From contig DAHWNL010000015.1 of assembly GCA_027339965.1 (NCBI GenBank), positions 45,000 through 108,999 of the forward strand: 64,000 nucleotides of DNA, given 5' to 3'. The number at the start of each line of letters is the position of its first letter. Positions within the stretch are counted from its first letter, which is position 1. This document shows, piece by piece, positions 21,038 to 30,374 of this stretch. Both the position numbers and the translations under genes were made by a program. The notes under the pieces are model-generated. The model worked only from the letters and a program-made list of their open reading frames with translations, was not told the DNA's origin and made no database searches. This DNA is from Granulicella sp. (lineage in GTDB: Bacteria; Acidobacteriota; Terriglobia; Terriglobales; Acidobacteriaceae).

Positions 21038-23062
21038 CTAACGGCGCTGGAAGTCGGGCGATCCGATCAAGAGCCCGGCCAGCAGCGCATCTTCTCTCGT
21101 GCTCGCGATCGGCGGCGCAGCTCGACCGAAGCGCGGCCAATCGGAGACCGGCCGCATCTGCGTACCGTTCCACAGAGTTCCGGTCCGGAACTGCCGGAGC
21201 ACCGCGGCGCGTGTGGTCGCGCTGGCGCCTTGCGGCAACAGCATCGATTCGAGCCAGGCTTCTTCCTGCGCGGGGCTGGGATCGTCCGTCGCGGCGGCCC
21301 CTGCCGTGGTTGACGCCGGTCTCGACCAATCTACTTTGATCCCTGGGAGCCGATTCGACGCTAGCAACAGCGCAAAGTTCATGCGATCCGTCAGGTCACC
21401 CGTGTTCACCCAGGCCGCCGACGTCCAGTCATAGCCGTTCGGCTGGACGCATCCGTAGACGGGCATTCCCATTAAGCGCAGCTCATTGATCAGCGGCGCG
21501 TAATTCGTGATGTCGGCGCCGCTGGCTCGCACCGCCGAGACGATGTACTCGAGCGGGGTCTTCACCTTGGCGAGTTCATCGGATTCGGCCCAGAACTCCG
21601 GCGAATGGAAGAGCGTTTTCAGGACCGCGGAGATGTCTCCGTTGCTGGAAAGATAGGTCTTCGCCATGCGCTCCACCAGGCTTTGGGGCGGGTTATCGCT
21701 CACGAAACGCACGGCCAGCTCGCGGCAGAGCATGTGTGCAGTTGCGGGGCGGGTGGCAAGCATGTGCAGCAGCTCTTCGCCCTCCCTCTCGCCGTTCTGC
21801 TTGATCTTGAATCCCATCACCTTTTTCGTACCCGGCTCATGGCGGTTGGAAGTAAAGAGGAAGCCGCCGCCGAACTGCGGATGGTCCACGGTCCAGCCGG
21901 TGAGCACCTTGGAGGCCGCGATGACGTCAGCCTGCGTGTAGCCGCCGTTAACGCCCACCGTGTGCAGCTCCATCAGCTCGCGGCCGTAGTTCTCATTGAT
22001 GCCTGGGGGATCTTGATGTTTGCCGTTCGGCCTGCGCCATGCGCTCTCCCTGAAGCGCTCAGCGGCCAGCGAGTGCGGGCCTACACTCTCCGCGTTGTCA
22101 AGGTAGATCAACATGGCCGGGGTATGGGCCACGGCTTCCAGCAGGTCTTCAAAGTGACCCAGAGCGTAGGGTCGGATGGCGTCGCGCTCGTAGCCGACAA
22201 GGTAGTAGGGCATCTGCTCGGTCTTGTGCAAGTAGATGTTGAAATGATTCAGCCAGAAGTCCGTCATCACTTCGAGCAACTGTGCGTTGGAGTAGATGTC
22301 ACACAGCAGCCGGCCGGCGAGAAGCTCCTGGACGACAAGTGACTCGGGTCCGGCCAGCGCTTCCGTCATCTCCCGTTGTTGCGGGCTCATACCCGCAACC
22401 AACTCCGCCCGCTGAGGCGGTCTCAGCGCTCTCATGAAGGCGTCAAACGATGGCTCACGAATCGACGCCAACTGCAAGAGACGTTGGCCGGGAGGCAACG
22501 AAAGGGTCTGGCGGATGCTCTCCGGACTGACGAGGAGCAAGGCCTGATCAGCGGCGGCCGGCGCAGACGGCGCGCGATAAGGAGCCTGAACGGCAAGCCC
22601 CTGCTGCCTCCTGCGGATGCGATAGATCTGATTCGCATAGATCGCACGCTCGATGGGGTCCGCGGGGATCTCCACTTTGCCATTCATCGCCAGGCGCAAC
22701 ACCGCGTCGCTGGGGTAGCGAGCGATCAGCGTCTGGACGCCTGATTGCAAGCCGGGGTACTGCGCCAGGCGTAGATCCAATGCGGACTCATCGAGCATCC
22801 GGGGATGCAACTGCTCTGTGAACCAATTTTCCAGCCCTTGGGCGCGCACCGCCTCCAGGTCGCCAGGGCGCGGGCCGAAGGTGAAGCGGTTCAATGCTTG
22901 CAGTATCCGCGCCTCGCTTTGCGGCTGGGCCGGACCAGGCACGGGCCGCGCGAACTTCTGGTTCAAGGACGCCTCCGCCGGCGTCTGTGCCTTCGACGGA
23001 GATGCTGGAAGAGACAGAAGAATTGCGAGAAGGAGGGCGAGCGGAGGCCTCACAAGATTCAT
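21038..23062 (-). CDS. DUF1800 family exported protein
   Basis: 'LNRFTFGPRPG', 'MTDFWLNHFN', 'MLIYLDN', 'NENYGRELMELHTVG', terminal 'GSPDFQRR'. Confidence 0.9.
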   Translation of the reverse strand: MNLVRPPLALLLAILLSLPASPSKAQTPAEASLNQKFARPVPGPAQPQSEARILQALNRFTFGPRPGDLEAVRAQGLENWFTEQLHPRMLDESALDLRLAQYPGLQSGVQTLIARYPSDAVLRLAMNGKVEIPADPIERAIYANQIYRIRRRQQGLAVQAPYRAPSAPAAADQALLLVSPESIRQTLSLPPGQRLLQLASIREPSFDAFMRALRPPQRAELVAGMSPQQREMTEALAGPESLVVQELLAGRLLCDIYSNAQLLEVMTDFWLNHFNIYLHKTEQMPYYLVGYERDAIRPYALGHFEDLLEAVAHTPAMLIYLDNAESVGPHSLAAERFRESAWRRPNGKHQDPPGINENYGRELMELHTVGVNGGYTQADVIAASKVLTGWTVDHPQFGGGFLFTSNRHEPGTKKVMGFKIKQNGEREGEELLHMLATRPATAHMLCRELAVRFVSDNPPQSLVERMAKTYLSSNGDISAVLKTLFHSPEFWAESDELAKVKTPLEYIVSAVRASGADITNYAPLINELRLMGMPVYGCVQPNGYDWTSAAWVNTGDLTDRMNFALLLASNRLPGIKVDWSRPASTTAGAAATDDPSPAQEEAWLESMLLPQGASATTRAAVLRQFRTGTLWNGTQMRPVSDWPRFGRAAPPIASTREDALLAGLLIGSPDFQRR

Positions 23063-23255
23063 GGTTGCTCTCCTGGCGGGGAGGTCCGCGAGATCGCACA
23101 GCGGAAGAAGCCTCTCTGAGGGTACAAACGGCATTTCAGGGGGAAAGTTGCGGAGCGAACGGCTCAAATGCCGGCCCTCGGGGTCTTGGCTCAGCCGATC
23201 CGAGTCTTCAGGGAGTGTCCCAAGAGCCCGAGAGTCCCCATCCGATTCCACTCTT

Positions 23256-23334
23256 CATTCCCATAGGCGCCCGGCATTCCCAGAGGCGCCCGGCATTCCC
23301 AGAGGTGCCCGGCATTCCCAGAGGGGTCCGGCAT
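23256..23334. repeat. Tandem repeat, 4 x 19 bp (CATTCCCAGAGGCGCCCGG)
   Basis: Read directly; intergenic between divergent genes. Confidence 0.9.
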
Positions 23335-23446
23335 CTTGCTTTTGCGAGGTGGGAGCGAGACAATCCCCTGAGTCCCTGTATCGCAATGCGGGCCTGCTGC
23401 GCTATACTTCGGGTGCAGTAAAAAGGCATACGTCCGAGGTCTCCCA

Positions 23447-23758
23447 ATGAAGAAGCTAGTCACTGTTCCTGTCCTTGCCCTCTCCTTTCTCTCCACCAGC
23501 GCGATGGCCCAGACCTTCAAAGGCGTCGTATCGGACTCCATGTGCGCCCACAACAATCTGGCCAAAGCTTCCACCGCCGCCCATGCCGCCTGCGCCAAGA
23601 AGTGCATCGGGATGGGATCTCCTGCGGTTCTGATCGTGGGAACCAAGGTCTACAAAGTCTCGAATGCGAGCAAGTTGAATGCCTATGCGGGCAAGACGGT
23701 CACCGTCAACGGCTCGCTCTCGGGCAACACCATCACGGTGAAGTCGGTTAAGGACTAG
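23447..23758 (+). CDS. Small secreted Cys-containing OB-fold-like protein (DUF5818-like)
   Basis: Signal peptide AMA-Q; 'GVVSDSMC...CAKKC...GKTVTVNG'; TATACT upstream at ~23403. Confidence 0.75.
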   Translation: MKKLVTVPVLALSFLSTSAMAQTFKGVVSDSMCAHNNLAKASTAAHAACAKKCIGMGSPAVLIVGTKVYKVSNASKLNAYAGKTVTVNGSLSGNTITVKSVKD

Positions 23759-24197
23759 TCTTCCTCTGGTCTGCGGTGGGGCTGCCGTACGCAGCCGCGC
23801 CGGCCTGCTGCTCAAGCCATGTGCCGCAAGCCCCGCTGCATCACTCGGCAGCGTGCCGGTGTAGTGTGTACACCCGACGGCAGGTTACCCACGATCTGTG
23901 CCAGGCGAATCGGGCGCGGCTCTACCATCCCTTGGGTCTCCCAACCTGAAATCTGGGTTTGGGCGGAGTAAGTGTGATTGCCGGGGGACACAGCCCTTCC
24001 AAATCTCTCTTTTCAGACGCTTGTGTTCAACTAAGATGATCTCCAAGAGTAGACTCACGAGCAGGTTCTCGGGAGGAAGCGCCTGAAGAGAGCGAAGAAC
24101 GTCTCTTGCCGGGAAGCAACACTCTCCCCCGAGCCCGTGGGTTGCAGCCCAACGGTCGCCCCCGTCCGGAAGGCTGTTTCTTCGCCAAGGAGTCCGA

Positions 24198-24791
24198 TTG
24201 AAGAACGGTTACCGCATCCTGACAATGCTTTGCTTCGCTTTGATGGGCAGCTCGCTCGTGTATGCTCAGGCGATTCCCGCTGCGGTTCGGCCGCTGAACT
24301 TCTCAGTCTTCGGAGGCGCCACCGGAGATTACACCGGTCTGGCCGGCGGCAGAAACCTTGGCATCACCGCGGGAGCCGACATGGGCTTCCGCCCTTATCA
24401 TCTGTTCTACTTCTCCGTCGAGGCTCGTGGAACCTATCCCGTGGATCAAGGCAGCATCGATGGCCAGGAGAACTTCCTCTTCGGGGGCCGGGTGCAGCGC
24501 TATTACAACCGCTTCCGACCCTATGCGGACTTCCTTTATGGCCGCGCCAAGATCAATTATGTGAATGGCGGTTATCCCAATCCCGGGGGAACGCTCCTCT
24601 TCATCAGCTCCATCTCAAACGTATTCGCCTTTGGTGGCGGACTGGACTACGTCCTGACCCCCCACTTTGATCTCAAGGTCGACGCCCAGTTTGAGCACCT
24701 CAGTACGCCGGTCACCACCAGCGGTGCCATCTACTCCAAACCCATCACGGTGGGTGTCGTCTACCACTTCGGAGATCCCGCGCTGCCCTGA
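24198..24791 (+). CDS. Small outer-membrane beta-barrel protein
   Basis: Signal peptide; alternating aromatic strands 'PYADFLYG', 'GGGLDY', 'VGVVYHF'. Confidence 0.75.
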   Translation: MKNGYRILTMLCFALMGSSLVYAQAIPAAVRPLNFSVFGGATGDYTGLAGGRNLGITAGADMGFRPYHLFYFSVEARGTYPVDQGSIDGQENFLFGGRVQRYYNRFRPYADFLYGRAKINYVNGGYPNPGGTLLFISSISNVFAFGGGLDYVLTPHFDLKVDAQFEHLSTPVTTSGAIYSKPITVGVVYHFGDPALP

Positions 24792-24917
24792 CGCGCCCCT
24801 GCGGCGGAAGGTTCACCCGGAGACGCGCCCGCCACCTCCGCCAGGCTCTGCAAGTGTTTTAGCCGCAAGCCCTCTGCGCCAGGGATGAGAGGGCCGTTTG
24901 CCGCCGGGACTGCGACT

Positions 24918-25229
24918 CTAATAGCGCGTCACCACCTCACGATGCCGCTCCACCCACCAGCAGGGGTTATACCCCTCCTGAGGGTAAAGAGAGCGGCTGC
25001 ACGGCTGCGCAAACGTTCCGGTTGGGAAGTAATCCAGCTTTCCGCCCTTGAGGCCGGCAGCGGTGTACGTCTTCACGATCACGGATCCCATCCCTCCGCC
25101 GCGCGCGACTCTTCCTCTCCAGATGGCCCAGTCCAGCGGGTACAGCATGGCAGCCACCAGCAGCACAATTCCTATCCCGCGCAAAACCACCAGGAAGACA
25201 AACTTTTCGATTACCAGCTCTTGCTCCAT
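24918..25229 (-). CDS. Hypothetical membrane-anchored protein
   Basis: N-terminal TM helix; 'CSRSLYPQEGYNPCWW'. Confidence 0.6.
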   Translation of the reverse strand: MEQELVIEKFVFLVVLRGIGIVLLVAAMLYPLDWAIWRGRVARGGGMGSVIVKTYTAAGLKGGKLDYFPTGTFAQPCSRSLYPQEGYNPCWWVERHREVVTRY

Positions 25230-25322
25230 CCTCGCTCCGCTTTCTCATGGCGCCGACGCCCGTCCGCGTCGCTGGAGCCTTTCTCTCCCGCAGCCATCGA
25301 GCCAAGGAAGAAGCCTCTCGCC

Positions 25323-26231
25323 TCAAAGATTGAATAACTCGCGTAGCCGTTTGGTCTGCGACCGGCTCACCGGCACCTCAGTCTGCTTGCGATCGTCCAT
25401 GCGCAACTGATAGCTGGACTTGAACCACGGCACCACTTCACGGATGTGCTGAATGTTCACCACATAGGACCGGTGCACCCTCCAGAACTGCTCCGGATCC
25501 AGTTGATCGGTCAACTCCTCCAGGGTTCTGCAGTTGGAGTCCCCCTCCAGCGTCTTGGTCACCACCGAGATTCTTCCTTCGCCGATCGTGGCAAAGCACA
25601 GATCCTTCTGATCCACCAGCAGCAACCGGCTCTGGGCCCGTAACACCACCTTGCCGGACCGTCCCTGGCCATTGGGACCCGCTCCCGTCACACCGGAGGT
25701 GGCGATCGCCGCCTGCTCCTCCATCATCTTCAGCAGTGCATCCAGCTTGGCCTCCGCGCCCGCCATGCGGCTCTGGACCCGAAGCCCATCCGGAGGTTCT
25801 CCGCGGGCTTCTCTGCTGCCGGAGCCTGCGCCGCCAGATCCCTGACTCTCGGCGCAACGCTCCCGCACCTTCTCGATCGTTCGCTGCACTCTCTTGCTGT
25901 CAAACGGCTTCAGCAGATAATCCACGGCATTCACTTCGAAGGCCTTCACCGCATATTGGTCAAAGGCGGTAGCGAACACGACCTGTGGGAGTCGCATCTT
26001 GCGGTCCAGCGCCATCAACTTCTTCAACACCGCGAACCCATCCAGCCCGGGCATCCGCACATCCAGAAAGATCACATCCGGCTTGTGCATGCGAATCAGT
26101 TCCACCGCCTCGATGCCGTTACTTCCATGGGCCAGAACGGAGATCTCTCCCTCTCGATCCAGCAGATACTGCAGCTCTTGCCGGGCCAACGGTTCATCGT
26201 CGATAATCAGCGCGCTGAGCGGCATCGCCAT
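25323..26231 (-). CDS. LytR/AlgR-family response regulator (REC + LytTR)
   Basis: 'IIDDEPLAR', 'FLDVRMP', 'TAFDQYA', 'YLLKPF', 'FWRVHRSYVVN', 'VPVSR'. Confidence 0.92.
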   Translation of the reverse strand: MAMPLSALIIDDEPLARQELQYLLDREGEISVLAHGSNGIEAVELIRMHKPDVIFLDVRMPGLDGFAVLKKLMALDRKMRLPQVVFATAFDQYAVKAFEVNAVDYLLKPFDSKRVQRTIEKVRERCAESQGSGGAGSGSREARGEPPDGLRVQSRMAGAEAKLDALLKMMEEQAAIATSGVTGAGPNGQGRSGKVVLRAQSRLLLVDQKDLCFATIGEGRISVVTKTLEGDSNCRTLEELTDQLDPEQFWRVHRSYVVNIQHIREVVPWFKSSYQLRMDDRKQTEVPVSRSQTKRLRELFNL

Positions 26232-26480
26232 AGACTCGATTAAAACAAAGGTTGCTCTGTGCCGAACAGAGCAACCATGCCAGAGGCGCCCTTCAGCCTG
26301 GGCCGCCCGGCGCCCCTCGACCTTGCACGCGACGCGCCGTGTCAGGGCCATGATGAGGCTCCAGAACTTCGGGTTCCCGCAGCCATTCGCCTCAGATCAA
26401 CTGGAGCCGTCAACCGGCGCCATCCAATAGCAGCGGCTCGGCTCACCCCTGAAACTTGGTCGGCCAATCCTATAACCGCT

Positions 26481-27053
26481 TTAGTCACTGTACGCGCGCA
26501 GCCGCATGGGGGCCCCATCTTCGGCCAGGTCATGCCCGCAACAGGTGCAGAAGGCATCGGTGATCTTCACGCCGCGGTGGCACCGCCCACACACCGGGGA
26601 CAACTGGAACTGGCACTGCGGGCAGAAGTGGTAGCTCGACGCAATCATGGTGGAGCAGTTGGGGCAGCGCGACAGCACCGATTGCCGCAGCAGAAAGTAC
26701 ACCACCGCCCCAATCCCGCCAGGCAGCAGAACGCACACCAGCATCCACAGCCCAACCGACATCCCGCGCCGCCTGGCGTCACGGCTGACATAGCCCAGCA
26801 GCAGGGCGTAGCTGGCCGCCAGAGAGCCCCACGCGTAGCCCATCATCAGCCGCAGCGGCAACAACTCGTGTCTGTGGTGGGGCATCACCGCGTGGAAGAT
26901 GTACTGCATGCCGGCGAAGAGCAACAATGCCAGAACCATGGACCAGCGCGGAATCATGCGCAGCTCTTCATCTCCCGCGGCTTCCGGATCCTTCTTGCTC
27001 GCAGCCAGGTCTTTCCTCCCGGACAGTCTGCCGGAGAACATCTCTGGTTTCAT
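26481..27053 (-). CDS. Membrane protein with C-terminal double zinc ribbon
   Basis: Three or more TM segments; CPNC..CPQC..CGRC..CTCC. Confidence 0.8.
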   Translation of the reverse strand: MKPEMFSGRLSGRKDLAASKKDPEAAGDEELRMIPRWSMVLALLLFAGMQYIFHAVMPHHRHELLPLRLMMGYAWGSLAASYALLLGYVSRDARRRGMSVGLWMLVCVLLPGGIGAVVYFLLRQSVLSRCPNCSTMIASSYHFCPQCQFQLSPVCGRCHRGVKITDAFCTCCGHDLAEDGAPMRLRAYSD

Positions 27054-27481
27054 GGCTGCACCTCGTTATCATTGCCCGGGTTGTCACCCGGCGGATGATT
27101 GCGCCCTCGCCGGAACCATGCCAGCCCAAGGATTCCGGCCGTCACCGGCAACGACCAAAGCAGCAGGACCATCAACTGACCACTGGCCCCCGGACATCCG
27201 TTGGGGGTGGATTCATAGCCATCCAGCATGCGCCAGATCGCATAACAGCTTGTGATCATCAGCGGGGAGAAGATCGCCAAAGGCACCCACAGGCTGCGGA
27301 ACCTGCGCCGCTGCTCCCGCAGGTTCATGGCCTGTTCCCGCACCACCCGGTGCGTCCGGTTCACCATCGCGCCCCGCGCGGCCGTCGTCCTGAAGGCGTC
27401 AGGCAGCGCCTGGGATGCGCCGTATTCCTGTCTTGCCGGCGCCGCTGCGTGAGACCTGAACTGGGAGGGAGCGGAACTCAT
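27050..27481 (-). CDS. Two-TM membrane protein (candidate anti-sigma factor)
   Basis: ATGA overlaps with both neighbours; two hydrophobic helices. Confidence 0.65.
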   Translation of the reverse strand: MSSAPSQFRSHAAAPARQEYGASQALPDAFRTTAARGAMVNRTHRVVREQAMNLREQRRRFRSLWVPLAIFSPLMITSCYAIWRMLDGYESTPNGCPGASGQLMVLLLWSLPVTAGILGLAWFRRGRNHPPGDNPGNDNEVQP

Positions 27482-28140
27482 ACCCGCACCTCCGCAGAAC
27501 CCGCCCTGGCTCCCAGTCCGCGCCCTCCGCCGGCGCGCAGCTTCAGCAGCTCCGGCTTCAGCGCAGCCAGTCCTCGATACAGCCGGGACTTCACCGTCGA
27601 CAGTGGCACCCGGGTCAAAGTGGCAATCTCATCCAGCGACATCTCCTCATGGAAGCGCAGCATCAGCACCTCGCGATAGGCCGGCTCCAGGGTCAACAGC
27701 ACGGTGGCCACCTCGAACGCATTCTCGCGGCACGCAAGCTGCTCGAAGGGGCTTGGACCCTCCTGCATCATCTCCAGCGGCCAGGAGTCGCGCTCTTCAC
27801 TCTCCTCACGAATCTCATCCAGAGACGCCATGGTGCGCTTCCGCGATAGATCGATCACCAGATTCCGCGCAATGGCGAAGATCCAAGTGTCGAACCTCGC
27901 CTTTCCGTTATACTGCGAGCCGCGTTTCAACACGCGAATCCAGACCTCTTGAAACAGATCTTCGGCCACCTCCCGCCGGCTGGTAAGGAACATCAGATAG
28001 CGCATCAGACGGTGCTGGTAGGTCTCAATCAGGCGGTCCAGCAGCTCGGGATCCTGACGCTTCAACCCGCGAGCGATCGCGGCGCTCTCGCGCTCGATCT
28101 GCCTGGACGCCTCGGTCGTCAGTACGCTGGAGATTCTCAC
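27478..28140 (-). CDS. ECF RNA polymerase sigma-70 factor
   Basis: Region 2 'AEDLFQEVW..FDTWIFAIARNLVID'; region 4 'EIATLTRVPLSTVKSRLYRG'. Confidence 0.92.
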   Translation of the reverse strand: MRISSVLTTEASRQIERESAAIARGLKRQDPELLDRLIETYQHRLMRYLMFLTSRREVAEDLFQEVWIRVLKRGSQYNGKARFDTWIFAIARNLVIDLSRKRTMASLDEIREESEERDSWPLEMMQEGPSPFEQLACRENAFEVATVLLTLEPAYREVLMLRFHEEMSLDEIATLTRVPLSTVKSRLYRGLAALKPELLKLRAGGGRGLGARAGSAEVRV

Positions 28141-28462
28141 TTTATATTATGGACGTCTTCTGCGGTCAAAAAGTCTACGGAAGAATAAACCTTTATTTTA
28201 GAACAAGCTTCCTTGCGCCAGGCTGCCGGAACAGGCTCCCGGCAGGGCCAGCCAGAGATCCCCTGCGAAGCCGCCCCACAGCGTCTTCCTCCGCTCCCTC
28301 CCCTGCTCCCGGCAGCCTGCCTGCCGACGCGCCAAGCACTGGGGCACATGTTCCCATCCGCAGTTCACGGCTTCGGACCCTGGCCTGCTGAAGAGCCGGG
28401 ACTGAAATGCTGCTAACCTTTAGGAAATGCATAGTAGATGCATGGCCGCGGCAGCAGAGCGC

Positions 28463-28552
28463 GGAGGGATGTGTGAGTGGTTGAAACAGGCGGTCTTGAA
28501 AACCGCTTAGCCTTAACGGGCTACGGGGGTTCGAATCCCTCTCCCTCCGCCA
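28463..28552 (+). tRNA. tRNA-Ser (anticodon TGA)
   Basis: Acceptor GGAGGGA/TCCCTCC, anticodon arm GCGGT-CTTGAAA-ACCGC, long variable arm, GGTTCGAATCC, encoded CCA. Confidence 0.95.
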
Positions 28553-28580
28553 CAGTTCGTTCTGGTGGCGATCCTTGAAG

Positions 28581-28618
28581 CCTGATCAGACTCCTGATCA
28601 GGAGCCTGATCAGGAGTC
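28581..28618. repeat. 3 x 12-bp repeat (CCTGATCAGGAG) forming a 14-bp inverted repeat just downstream of the tRNA
   Basis: GACTCCTGATCAGG-ag-CCTGATCAGGAGTC at 28589-28618. Confidence 0.8.
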
Positions 28619-29023
28619 GGCCAGGCCCTGGCGGGTCCGCGCCGAGCACGGATGCTTCCTGATTCGGTCATGGAGACAGATCGTCTCCTCAGTTCGCTCC
28701 CCGGCTCACGCAGCAGCGCACCCACCATCCTAACGGGTGGCGGCTCGATCTCTCGCGCGGAAGCCTTGCCCGAAGCAGCTCTCCGCCCCGGGCTGAAGTC
28801 AAACCAGGCCTGGATTCAGCTGCGGCATAGCGCAGCTAAACGGCAGGCAGAGAGCCAGCCGTCCTCCTGCTCAGCGGGCGGACAAGAAAGCTGCGATCAG
28901 ACTGAAGTCTTCCCGGCTACTCAGGCGGAGACGCCCGCGCCACAGCCGCCGCCTCGTCCCCTCCGCTGCGAAGGCTCCCTGCAGGGAAGTCCCTTCCCTG
29001 CCTCTCCGCACCCGCCCACAATG

Positions 29024-29215
29024 TGACCCAAAATGGGACAAGGCAGCTTTGGGGAGTTCGCAGATTTTGTGCATTCAGAAAAGATGAATCGGTTCCAGCA
29101 AAACTTGCGAGGGAAGAGTCAAGGGCAACCCTATGCAAAGAATTGCATAGTTCTCGACTTTTTCATCTCGCAAGTAATTGATTTAACAATACTAGCGTTT
29201 GGCGCTTCAGGTGCA
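29024..29215 (+). promoter_or_regulatory. Putative sigma54 promoter with IHF site and enhancer palindromes upstream of the PEP-CTERM gene
   Basis: TGGCGC-N5-GTGCA (GG-N10-GC) at 29200-29215; AATCAATTACTTG (IHF consensus, minus strand) at 29171-29183; palindromes at 29024-29040 and 29131-29150. Confidence 0.7.
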
Positions 29216-29358
29216 TATTGTACGGTCACAACGATGTTCTCAACCGTCGTGCTGCACATCCGCACACATGCGCACTCCGGAGGGGAACGTCCTTGAAAAG
29301 CAAGCCGCAACGCAACAAGCACGAGCCGCGAAAGCGGAACGCAATCAGGAGGAAAACG

Positions 29359-29970
29359 ATGAGAACTCTTTCGAAGTTATTGGTACTGGCAGCGGCAGTC
29401 ACGGTCTCGACCTCGCTGGCCTATGCAACCACAATCGGTGCCGGCAGTATCAGCATCGGGCAATATAACGCGGAGTACAACAGCACCAACAACACCGTCA
29501 GCTTCATGTCTGGCGGAACGTCCGGCTATTCGGCCACGGCTAATGACGGTTACGGCAGTCTGATGGGCTACGACGGTGGCTCGGTCACCTTCAATGGCGA
29601 TGGGAGCGGCACCTACACCTTCAACCTCAGCACCACTGGGGCGCTGAGCCAAAGTCCACTGCTGACCATAGCCACTGCCACCTCGACCTTGACCTACGAT
29701 ATGACCGGGGTCACTATGATCTCCAACAGCGGTGGAGACATCAGCATCAACACCATGGGAGATTTTTGGGAAACAAGTGGGAGCACGGTCACGGGCGGCC
29801 CGACTGTCGGCTCGCTTGACCTGACGACCCAGGGCACGAACATGCAGCTTACGACCTACTCCGGCACTGCCGCCATCGCACCCGAACCCAGCAGTCTGCT
29901 GCTGTTTGGCACCGGCCTCCTTGGCGCGGCAGGAATTGCACGGCGGAAGTTCGCGGGCAAATTCGTCTAG
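29359..29970 (+). CDS. PEP-CTERM sorting-domain protein (Ser/Thr/Gly-rich)
   Basis: AGGAGG RBS, signal peptide, C-terminal 'APEPSSLLLFGTGLLGAAGIARRKF'. Confidence 0.92.
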   Translation: MRTLSKLLVLAAAVTVSTSLAYATTIGAGSISIGQYNAEYNSTNNTVSFMSGGTSGYSATANDGYGSLMGYDGGSVTFNGDGSGTYTFNLSTTGALSQSPLLTIATATSTLTYDMTGVTMISNSGGDISINTMGDFWETSGSTVTGGPTVGSLDLTTQGTNMQLTTYSGTAAIAPEPSSLLLFGTGLLGAAGIARRKFAGKFV

Positions 29971-30156
29971 CTGTTCCGTCTTCCGCGGGTCATGCAGGTA
30001 AGCCTCCAGGGCTCGCCTGCTTGCTCCCTCTCCATGGTTGCGCAAGCGACCGGCTTCATACCCATGGAGACGGTCGCGGCTAGTGCTTTTGCGGCGGTAG
30101 TGTCCATCTTTATGAGCACTTCTGATCTTCCAGGCATTCCAGAATCGGTTGGATGA

Positions 30157-30205
30157 AAACTGCTTCGCTGCAGGCCCCTCTTCGGGGCCTGCAGCGAAGC
30201 AGTTT
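30157..30205. terminator. Perfect 22-bp-stem hairpin between convergent genes (terminator or REP-like)
   Basis: AAACTGCTTCGCTGCAGGCCCC-tcttc-GGGGCCTGCAGCGAAGCAGTTT. Confidence 0.65.
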
Positions 30206-30374
30206 CCGTCTAGCAGAAGGCTCTTTGCGGACACTGCCAGGCGATCAACCCACGCAGAGGCGAGTGCGGGGCTGGGAGCTCCCCACTCGCTGTCGCCGGC
30301 AAAGCGAGCCGCAGAGTTCAGAGCGCGTGGTACGCACACCGTCCGTGGCTTGCAACCATCGTCGGCGAGCGGCG

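Noticed and set aside
23256..23334. Possible CRISPR array
   Set aside because: Repeats are contiguous with no spacers, and there are no cas genes in the window.
28463..30000. tRNA-Ser as the attachment site of an island
   Set aside because: No integrase and no duplicated tRNA 3' end seen; the AT-rich patch is explained by the promoter.
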